DNA of 36,140 nucleotides from a virus (Duplodnaviria; Heunggongvirae; Uroviricota; Caudoviricetes): IMG/VR virus record IMGVR_UViG_2703718873_000026; one strand, 5' to 3'. Shown piece by piece: positions 28,328 to 36,140 of this stretch (position 1 is its first letter; each line of letters starts with the position of its first letter). The notes under the pieces were generated by a model. It saw only the letters and a program-made list of their open reading frames with translations, ran no database searches and was not told where the DNA came from. The position numbers and the translations under genes were made by a program.

Positions 28328-31300
28328 TAACAACCTGCGTCTGCAGGTCATTCTTAATGCGGTTGACAAGCTCACCCGCCCATTTCGATCTGCACAGGCC
28401 AGTTCAAGAGAACTGGCTGCTGCTGTCAAAAAATCCCGCGATGCAATAAAGCAGCTTGATCAGGCCGGGAGCAGTCTGGACAGCTTCCGAAAGCTGCAGG
28501 CAGAAAATCAGAAATTAGGCGACAGGCTGAACTATGCCCGCCAGCGTGCAAATTTGCTCAGTCAGGAACTGGGAGCGATGGGGCCGCCTTCGCAACGTCA
28601 GGTTGTTGCTCTGGGCCGTCAACGGCTGGCTGTTCAGCGCCTGGAAGAACGCCAGAAAAAGCTGCAGCAGCAGACGGCGCTTGTGCGTGCTGAACTGTAC
28701 CGGGCGGGAATTTCTGCGAAAGACGATGCGGGAGCAACTGCCCGTTTAGCCCGTGAAACATCACGTTATAACCAGGAACTTTCGAAACAGGAGGCGCGGC
28801 TGAAGCGACTGGGGGAAGCTCAGCGCAGGATGAATGCAGCGCGTGCCAGTTATGCCCGTTCGCTGGAGGTGCGTGATCGTATTGCAGGTGCCGGAGCCAC
28901 CACCACGGCTGCAGGGCTGGCAATGGGTGCGCCAGTGATGGCGGCAGTAAAAAGCTATACCAGCATGGAAGATGCCATGAAAGGTGTGGCAAAGCAGGTC
29001 AATGGTCTGCGTGACGATAATGGCAACCGCACTGCACGTTTTTATGAAATGCAGGATGCCATCAAGGCTGCCAGCGAACAGTTGCCGATGGAAAACGGTG
29101 CGGTGGACTTCGCTGCACTGGTTGAAGGTGGTGCGCGCATGAACGTCGCAAACCCTGACGACAGCTGGGAAGATCAGAAACGTGACCTGCTGGCCTTCGC
29201 CAGTACGGCAGCAAAGGCGGCAACAGCCTTTGAGCTGCCAGCGGATGAACTGTCAGAAAGTCTGGGGAAAATCGCCCAGCTCTACAAAATCCCCACCCGC
29301 AATATTGAACAGCTCGGTGATGCGCTGAACTATCTGGATGATAACGCCATGTCGAAAGGGGCAGACATCATTGATGTGATGCAACGTCTGGGCGGTGTGG
29401 CTGACCGTCTGGATTATCGTAAAGCGGCGGCGCTGGGCTCCACCTTCCTGACACTGGGCGCTGCGCCAGAGGTTGCAGCCAGTGCAGCAAACGCGATGGT
29501 GCGTGAATTGTCCATTGCCACCATGCAAAGCAAGAGTTTCTTTGAAGGGATGAATCTGCTGAAACTCAATCCTGAAGTGATTGAAAAGCAGATGACGAAG
29601 GATGCGATGGGAACCATCCAGCGCGTGCTGGAGAAGGTAAACGCGCTGCCGCAGGACAAGCGCCTGTCTGCCATGACTATGTTGTTTGGTAAAGAGTTTG
29701 GCGATGACGCGGCGAAACTGGCAAACAACCTGCCGGAACTGCAGCGTCAGTTAAAACTGACAGCGGGCAATGATGCGCTCGGCTCCATGCAGAAAGAATC
29801 CGACATTAACAAGGATTCACTTTCTGCGCAGTGGTTGCTGGTCAAAACCGGAGCGCAGAACACCTTCAGCAGCCTGGGCGAAACGCTGCGCCAGCCGCTG
29901 ATGGATATTCTGTACACGGTGAAAAGCGTCACGGGGGCGTTGCGTCGCTGGGTGGAAGCTAACCCGGAACTGACAGGCACACTGATGAAAGCATCGGCTG
30001 TTGTGGCTGCGGTTACTGTCGGCCTCGGCACCTTAGCGGTGGCGCTGGCTGCAGTGCTGGGGCCGCTGGCAGTGATCCGTCTGGGATTCTCTGTGTTGGG
30101 TATCAAAACGTTATCTTCCGTTACGGCAGCAGTAACTCGAACCAGCAGCGCGTTGTCCTGGCTGGCTGGCGCGCCACTGGCACTGCTGCGACGCGGGCTT
30201 GCTTCATCGGGCAACGCCGCAGGTTTACTTACTGCGCCGTTGTCGTCTTTGCGCCGCACGGCATCACTGACGGGAAATGTCCTGAAAACTGTAGCAGGTG
30301 CGCCGGTTGCACTTTTGCGGTCTGGATTATCCGGTTTACGTGCTGTTGCTGTGATGTTTATGAATCCTCTGGCGGCACTGCGCGGTGGACTGGCCGCCGC
30401 AGGCACGGTGCTGCGAGTACTGGCATCTGGTCCACTGGCGATGCTGCGCGTTGCCCTGTATGCCATATCTGGTCTGTTAGGTGCTCTGCTCAGTCCGATA
30501 GGTCTTGTGGTTACTGCACTGGCGGGCGTGGCGCTGGTTGTCTGGAAATACTGGCAACCCATCACCGCATTTCTCGGTGGCGTGGTGGAAGGATTCAAAG
30601 CGGCGGCAGGTCCCATCAGTGCAGCGTTCGAACCGCTTAAGCCCGTGTTCCAGTGGATTGGCGACAAAGTGCAGGCGCTGTGGGGCTGGTTTACTGATCT
30701 GCTGACGCCCGTTAAGTCGACCTCTGCCGAACTGCAGAGCGCAGCGGCAATGGGGCGACGATTCGGGGAGGCACTGGCAGAAGGGCTGAATATGGTCATG
30801 CATCCGCTGGACTCCCTGAAATCCGGCGTTTCCTGGTTGCTGGAGAAACTCGGCATTGTCAGTAAAGAGGCTGCAAAGGCGAAACTGCCGGAAAGCGTGA
30901 CGCGTCAGCAACCTGCGACGGTGAATGCAGACGGTAAAGTGATGATGCCATCGGGTGATTTTCCGTCATGGGGATATGGCTTTGCGGGGATGTATGACAG
31001 CGGCGGCTATATCCCGCGCGGGCAGTTTGGCATCGTCGGTGAAAACGGGCCGGAAATTGTTAACGGCCCGGCAAACGTGACCAGCCGGAGAAATACAGCT
31101 GCACTGGCTGCCGTTGTCGCCGGAATGATGGGTGTTGCTGCCGCGCCAGCAGAGCTTCCACCGTTGCATCTTTTGGCGCTTCCCGCAAAAGGCGGTGAAG
31201 CGATGGTGAGTCGTGCAGCTACTGTGCCGCCCATTTACCGGATTGAAGCACCGACGCAGATCATCATCCAGACACAGCCAGGACAAAGTGCGCAGGATAT

Positions 31301-31397
31301 TGCGCGGGAGGTGGCCCGCCAGCTTGATGAACGTGAACGCAGGCTGAAGGCAAAAGCCAGGAGTAACTACAGCGATCAGGGGGGATACGACGCATGA
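28320..31397 (+). CDS. T: tail tape measure protein, P2 gpT-like
   Basis: 1025 aa, Ala/Leu-rich with coiled-coil N-terminal part, downstream of E/E'. Confidence 0.9.
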   Translation: MSDNNLRLQVILNAVDKLTRPFRSAQASSRELAAAVKKSRDAIKQLDQAGSSLDSFRKLQAENQKLGDRLNYARQRANLLSQELGAMGPPSQRQVVALGRQRLAVQRLEERQKKLQQQTALVRAELYRAGISAKDDAGATARLARETSRYNQELSKQEARLKRLGEAQRRMNAARASYARSLEVRDRIAGAGATTTAAGLAMGAPVMAAVKSYTSMEDAMKGVAKQVNGLRDDNGNRTARFYEMQDAIKAASEQLPMENGAVDFAALVEGGARMNVANPDDSWEDQKRDLLAFASTAAKAATAFELPADELSESLGKIAQLYKIPTRNIEQLGDALNYLDDNAMSKGADIIDVMQRLGGVADRLDYRKAAALGSTFLTLGAAPEVAASAANAMVRELSIATMQSKSFFEGMNLLKLNPEVIEKQMTKDAMGTIQRVLEKVNALPQDKRLSAMTMLFGKEFGDDAAKLANNLPELQRQLKLTAGNDALGSMQKESDINKDSLSAQWLLVKTGAQNTFSSLGETLRQPLMDILYTVKSVTGALRRWVEANPELTGTLMKASAVVAAVTVGLGTLAVALAAVLGPLAVIRLGFSVLGIKTLSSVTAAVTRTSSALSWLAGAPLALLRRGLASSGNAAGLLTAPLSSLRRTASLTGNVLKTVAGAPVALLRSGLSGLRAVAVMFMNPLAALRGGLAAAGTVLRVLASGPLAMLRVALYAISGLLGALLSPIGLVVTALAGVALVVWKYWQPITAFLGGVVEGFKAAAGPISAAFEPLKPVFQWIGDKVQALWGWFTDLLTPVKSTSAELQSAAAMGRRFGEALAEGLNMVMHPLDSLKSGVSWLLEKLGIVSKEAAKAKLPESVTRQQPATVNADGKVMMPSGDFPSWGYGFAGMYDSGGYIPRGQFGIVGENGPEIVNGPANVTSRRNTAALAAVVAGMMGVAAAPAELPPLHLLALPAKGGEAMVSRAATVPPIYRIEAPTQIIIQTQPGQSAQDIAREVARQLDERERRLKAKARSNYSDQGGYDA

Positions 31398-31879
31398 TGA
31401 TGGTGCTGGGATTGTACGTGTTTATGCTGCGCACCGTACCGTATCAGGAGCTGCAGTATCAACGCAGCTGGCGACATGCGGCAAACAGCCGGGTAAACCG
31501 ACGTCCGTCCACGCAGTTTCTGGGACCGGACAACGACATGCTGACGCTTTCCGGTGTTCTTATGCCGGAGATAACAGGTGGCAGGCTGTCGTTGCTGGCA
31601 CTGGAGCAGATGGCAGAACAGGGGAAAGCATGGCCCCTGATTGAAGGCAGTGGCACGATTTATGGCATGTATGTGATTGAGGGACTGAATCAGACTAAAA
31701 CGGAGTTTTTCCGCGACGGTATGCCGCGCCGGATTGAGTTCACCCTGTCGCTCAAACGGGTGGATGAATCCCTGTCCGATATATTCGGTGATCTCAGTGC
31801 GCAACTGAATAATCTGCAGGACACAGCAACGTCTGCCTTAAGCGATATCAGTAAAACGGTGGGAGGGCTGCTGTCATGA
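31394..31879 (+). CDS. U: tail protein, P2 gpU-like
   Basis: 161 aa; start overlaps the T stop. Confidence 0.8.
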   Translation: MMMVLGLYVFMLRTVPYQELQYQRSWRHAANSRVNRRPSTQFLGPDNDMLTLSGVLMPEITGGRLSLLALEQMAEQGKAWPLIEGSGTIYGMYVIEGLNQTKTEFFRDGMPRRIEFTLSLKRVDESLSDIFGDLSAQLNNLQDTATSALSDISKTVGGLLS

Positions 31880-32976
31880 ATTTCAGCTCTGAACTGCTTA
31901 ACAAAGGCAACAAAACTCCCGCATTCAGCATCAGTATTGAGGGCAGGGATATCACCACTGTGCTGGATAACCGCCTGATGAGTTTGACGCTGACGGACAA
32001 TCGGGGCTTTGAAGCGGACCAGCTTGATCTGGAGCTGGACGACGCCGACGGAAAAATCGTGCTGCCGCGCCGTGGTGCGGTTATTACGCTGGCGCTGGGC
32101 TGGAAGGGGCAGCCGCTTTTCCCGAAAGGGGCATTCACGGTGGACGAGATTGAACACACTGGCGCACCGGACCGCCTGACTATCCGGGCGCGAAGTGCTG
32201 ATTTTCGTGAAACGCTGAATACCCGCCGTGAAAAGTCGTGGCACAAGACCACCGTTGGGGAAGTGGTGAAGGAAATAGCTGTGCGGCACAAACTGAAGAT
32301 GGCATTGGGTAAAGACCTGTCAGATAAACCCGTGGAACATATAGACCAGACCAATGAGAGTGACGGCAGTTTTCTGATGCGGCTGGCGCGCCAGTACGGT
32401 GCTATTGCGTCGGTGAAAAATGGCAATCTGTTATTCATCCGGCAGGGACAGGGTAAAAGCGCCAGCGGTAAACCACTACCGGTTATCACTATCACACGTA
32501 AGGACGGCGACAGTCACCGCTTTACCCTGGCAGATCGCGGAGCCTACACGGGCGTAATTGCCAGCTGGTTGCATACCCGCGAACCCGCGAAGAATGAAAG
32601 CACCACGGTGAAGCGTAAGCGCAGGACTAAGAAGCAGAAGAAAGAGCCGGAAGCGAAGCAGGGCGATTACCTGGTGGGTACAGATGAAAACGTGCTGGTA
32701 CTTAATCGCACCTATGCCAACCGGAGCAACGCCGAACGGGCGGCGAAAATGCAGTGGGAACGCCTGCAACGCGGCGTTGCGTCATTCTCGCTACAACTGG
32801 CAGAAGGTCGGGCAGATCTCTACACGGAAATGCCAGTGAAAGTCAGTGGCTTTAAACAGCCGATAGATGATGCGGAATGGACCATTACGACTCTGACGCA
32901 TACCGTCAGCCCCGATAACGGTTTTACAACCAGTCTGGAGCTTGAAGTGAGGATTGATGATTTCGAAATGGAATGA
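31876..32976 (+). CDS. D: tail protein D (late control gene D), P2 gpD-like
   Basis: 366 aa; overlaps the U stop; last structural gene before ogr as in P2. Confidence 0.85.
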   Translation: MNFSSELLNKGNKTPAFSISIEGRDITTVLDNRLMSLTLTDNRGFEADQLDLELDDADGKIVLPRRGAVITLALGWKGQPLFPKGAFTVDEIEHTGAPDRLTIRARSADFRETLNTRREKSWHKTTVGEVVKEIAVRHKLKMALGKDLSDKPVEHIDQTNESDGSFLMRLARQYGAIASVKNGNLLFIRQGQGKSASGKPLPVITITRKDGDSHRFTLADRGAYTGVIASWLHTREPAKNESTTVKRKRRTKKQKKEPEAKQGDYLVGTDENVLVLNRTYANRSNAERAAKMQWERLQRGVASFSLQLAEGRADLYTEMPVKVSGFKQPIDDAEWTITTLTHTVSPDNGFTTSLELEVRIDDFEME

Positions 32977-33066
32977 TTCTTCGCAATGGAGAACTTTTAA
33001 GTTTGCAAAATGGAATAATGCGGTATCATTATTGTGAATTTAGCAAAAATGGGGAGAACTCGAAAA

Positions 33067-33285
33067 ATGATGATTTGCCCACTGTGTGGAAGTGCCGCCC
33101 ATACTCGCAGCAGTTTTCAGGTATCTTCATTGACCAAAGAGCGTTACAACCAGTGCCAGAACATTAACTGCAGCCATACTTTTGTTACCCATGAAACTTT
33201 TGTTCGTTCGATTGCAACGCCAAAAGAGTCAAATCCGGTTCAGCCGCATCCAATGAAATCAGGACAGGTGGCGCTCTCTCTTTGA
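33067..33285 (+). CDS. ogr: late-gene transcription activator, zinc finger (P2 Ogr / 186 B family)
   Basis: From ATG 33067: MMICPLCGSAAHTRSS..TKERYNQCQNINCSHTF.. matches Ogr (..CPLC..HAR.S...T.ERY.QCQN.NCS.TF..). ORF track has an 11-codon upstream extension. Confidence 0.85.
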   Translation: MMICPLCGSAAHTRSSFQVSSLTKERYNQCQNINCSHTFVTHETFVRSIATPKESNPVQPHPMKSGQVALSL

Positions 33286-33370
33286 CGCTGCCGCCATTTT
33301 GTCGCCATCGTTAAAAAACAGTGTTTCTAACATCATGATTTTAAACAGCTTAAATTTCAGGCAACAAAAA

Positions 33371-33408
33371 ACCCATCAACCTTGAACCGAAATGGCGGGG
33401 TTGATGGG
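33371..33408 (-). terminator. rho-independent terminator of ybjL
   Basis: 10-bp stem CCCATCAACC / GGTTGATGGG followed by a T-run on the minus strand (AAAAAA on plus at about 33365-33370), ~110 bp downstream of the ybjL stop. Confidence 0.5.
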
Positions 33409-33520
33409 CTCCACAAAATGGGGACATCAAAGAAAAGCAGTGGCACTAATTAAGACTGATGCCCTGCGGAAAAGTTCTGCGGTTGTGCAAAAAAATTTCA
33501 TTTTCAGGGCAACTTCAGTT

Positions 33521-35206
33521 TTATCCTAATCCTGGCCATACCATGACGATGATTGTCCCTGCCAGCGTCAGCAGGACGTTGGCGATTGCGTAGGTGCCCG
33601 CATAGCCCAGCGCAGGGATGTTACTGCGAGCTGTATCACTGATGATCTCCATTGCCGGCGCGCAGGTGCGTGCGCCCATCATTGCGCCGAACAACAGTGC
33701 GCGGTTCATTCGCAATACATAAGCACCGAACAAGAAACAGATAACCACGGGCACAAGACTGACAATTAATCCGGCAATCAACATCTGACCGCCAATCGCG
33801 CCCAGGCCGTTATTAATACCGCTACCGGCGCTCAGACCAACGCCTGCCATAAACACCATCAAGCCGAACTCTTTCACCATGCTTAATGCACCTTGCGGAA
33901 TGTAACCGAAGGTCGGGTGGTTAGCACGCATAAAGCCCAGCATAATTCCGGCGAATAACAACCCGGCAGCGTTCCCCATGCCGAAACTGAATGTGCTGAA
34001 CTGGAAGGTGATCATCCCGATCATCAGCCCAATAACAAAGAAGGCGCAAAATGCCAGCAGGTCAGTGACCTGGCTGTGAATCGAGATAAAGCCGATGCGA
34101 TCGGCGATGGTTTTTACGCGACGGGCATCACCGCTGACTTGTAAAACGTCACCTTTGTTAAGCACGACGTTGTCATCTATCGGCATCTCAATCTGGCTAC
34201 GAATGACGCGGTTAAGGAAGCAACCGTGATCGGTCAACTTCAGTTGTGCGAGACGTTTACCTACAGCGTTATGGTTTTTAACGACCACTTCTTCAGTGAC
34301 GATACGCATGTCGAGAAGGTCACGATCGAAAACTTCTTTACCGTTACGGAAGCTGGGATCGAGTCGGGCATGGGCGTCGGGATAGCCTACCAACGCTATT
34401 TCATCGCCCATTTGTAGCACGGCATCACCGTCTGGATTTGCCAGAATCCCGTTACGTCGAATACGTTCAATGTAGCAGCCGGTTTGTCGATAAATACCCA
34501 GTTCACGCAGATTTTTGCCGTCGGTCCAGGCCACCAGCTCCGGGCCGACGCGATAGGCGCGGATCACCGGTAAATAAACCTTACGGTTGGCATCAGTGTC
34601 CAGGCCACGTTCGCGGGCGATTTGCTGGGCGCTGGTCTGTAAGTCCTGATGCTGCAATTTCGGCAAGTAACGCGCACCAACAATCAAACTCACCAGACCG
34701 ATTAAATAGGTTAAGGCATACCCGAGGCTCAGATTATCCAGTGCCAGTGAGAGCTGCCTGCTTTCCATGCCGGAATGACGCAGTGTATCGCCAGCACCGA
34801 CCAGAACCGGTGTCGACGTCATAGAGCCTGCTAACATACCGGCCGTCAGGCCAATATCCCAGCCAAACAGCTTACCTAACCCTAAGGCGATCACCAGCGC
34901 ACTGCCAACCATCACCAGTGCTAACATTAGGTAATTTTTCCCATCGCGAAAAAAAATGGAAAAAAAGTTCGGTCCGGCTTCGACCCCGACGCAGAAAATA
35001 AACAGCATAAAGCCAAGATTAAGCGCATCGGTGTTAATGCTGAAATGTTGTTGGCCTAATAACAGCGATACGACTAAAACGCCAATGGAATTACCCAGTT
35101 GGATCGAACCAAGTCGTAACTTTCCGAGACATAGCCCAAGCGCGAGGACCACAAATAATAACAGAATGTAATTCCCATTTAACAATTCGGCGACGTTTAT
35201 ATTCAC
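33521..35206 (-). CDS. ybjL: putative transport protein YbjL (E. coli core gene)
   Basis: 561 aa, [20 protein letters not shown].., multi-TM with central soluble domains; recognised as E. coli YbjL; higher GC and host-like codon usage. Confidence 0.9.
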
Positions 35207-35475
35207 GGAGGCTAACTTCTTGTTTACTAGTAAGCTGTTGAAAGAAATGGTAATTTACGATAATGTTTTTTACCAGAATTCAGGGCGCAGATTCATTCAG
35301 CGCACCTAAACGATAGTAAAGTAACAATATATTTTACTAGTGTAATCACATTAGGTATCAACGGCTATATGAATTGCGTTGGCCTATATTAGCATGGAAT
35401 GCGAAGCGGCTTTATCTTACTGAACGCCACACTGGCGAAAAATGTGTTCGATAGACGCAGTGTCAGGAGGAACGA

Positions 35476-35853
35476 GTGAAACATAAACAACGTTGGGCGG
35501 GGGCAATCTGCTGTTTTGTCCTCTTCATTGTGGTGTGCCTTTTTCTGGCGACGCACATGAAAGGCGCTTTTCGGGCTGCCGGGCATCCTGAAATCGGCTT
35601 GCTATTTTTCATTCTTCCTGGAGCAGTTGCCAGTTTCTTTTCACAGCGTAGAGAAGTCCTGAAACCTCTATTTGGCGCAATGCTGGCGGCACCCTGTTCA
35701 ATGCTCATTATGCGGCTGTTTTTTTCACCGACGCGCTCATTCTGGCAAGAGCTGGCATGGTTACTAAGCGCGGTGTTCTGGTGTGCGCTGGGGGCACTGT
35801 GTTTCTTATTTATCAGTAGTTTGTTTAAACCACAGCACAGAAAAAATCAGTAA
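35476..35853 (+). CDS. ybjM: inner membrane protein YbjM
   Basis: 125 aa, hydrophobic; located between ybjL and grxA as in E. coli K-12. Confidence 0.8.
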   Translation: MKHKQRWAGAICCFVLFIVVCLFLATHMKGAFRAAGHPEIGLLFFILPGAVASFFSQRREVLKPLFGAMLAAPCSMLIMRLFFSPTRSFWQELAWLLSAVFWCALGALCFLFISSLFKPQHRKNQ

Positions 35854-35882
35854 AGCCCTCAACGCGAGGGCTTGTCAGACGA

Positions 35883-36140
35883 TCAGGCGTCCAGATTTTC
35901 TTTCACCCATGCAGCAAAATCGGTATAGCCGCCGATATGTTGCTGATCGACAAAAATCTGCGGCACGGTTTCTACGGGTTTACCTGCCTTTTGTTGTAGA
36001 TCTTCTTTAGTGATCCCTTCCGCACGAATATCTACATACTGATACTGAAAATCATCGCGTTCATTGCTCAATTTCTCAGCCAGATCTTTTGCACGCACAC
36101 AGTAAGGGCAACCCGAACGACCAAAAATAACGGTTTGCAT
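35883..36140 (-). CDS. grxA: glutaredoxin 1
   Basis: 85 aa, MQTVIFGRSGCPYCVRAKDLAEKL.. with CPYC active site; start codon at the window end. Confidence 0.9.
   Translation of the reverse strand: MQTVIFGRSGCPYCVRAKDLAEKLSNERDDFQYQYVDIRAEGITKEDLQQKAGKPVETVPQIFVDQQHIGGYTDFAAWVKENLDA

Overview
About 33.3 kb of this 36.1 kb window is a P2/186-family prophage of the 186 type; the last ~2.8 kb is Escherichia coli core DNA (ybjL, ybjM, grxA). The prophage identity rests on a CI repressor colinear with phage 186 CI, a 169-aa CII homolog, an Apl/Cox-like gene, a DinI-like Tum module behind a LexA box, and P2-type late genes. Three things stand out. (1) An AT-rich retron sits between portal gene Q and cos: a 586-aa reverse transcriptase with a C-terminal Toprim domain plus an upstream msr/msd locus, which matches the known retron-Ec67 (Retron-Eco2) architecture. 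(2) The central ~21 kb (about 2214..23380) is inverted relative to canonical P2/186 gene order. Both breakpoints are 26-bp Hin/Gin/Pin-type crossover-like sites; conceptually reversing the inversion restores an in-frame tail-fibre gene and an intact apl ORF next to the cI switch region. The prophage's own Pin-family invertase is the likely agent. (3) A tail-fibre shufflon (two variable cassettes, two opposed assembly genes) lies next to the invertase. Other items: a small Cys-rich secreted peptide gene coupled to cI, an acidic ORF near cos, CATGC(A/G) repeats beside cos, and three TGT-N12-ACA late-promoter dyads. All calls come from reading the sequence and the ORF track plus remembered protein families; no database search was run. 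My manual base counting is only good to about 1-3 nt, especially in homopolymer runs, so CDS coordinates follow the ORF track.
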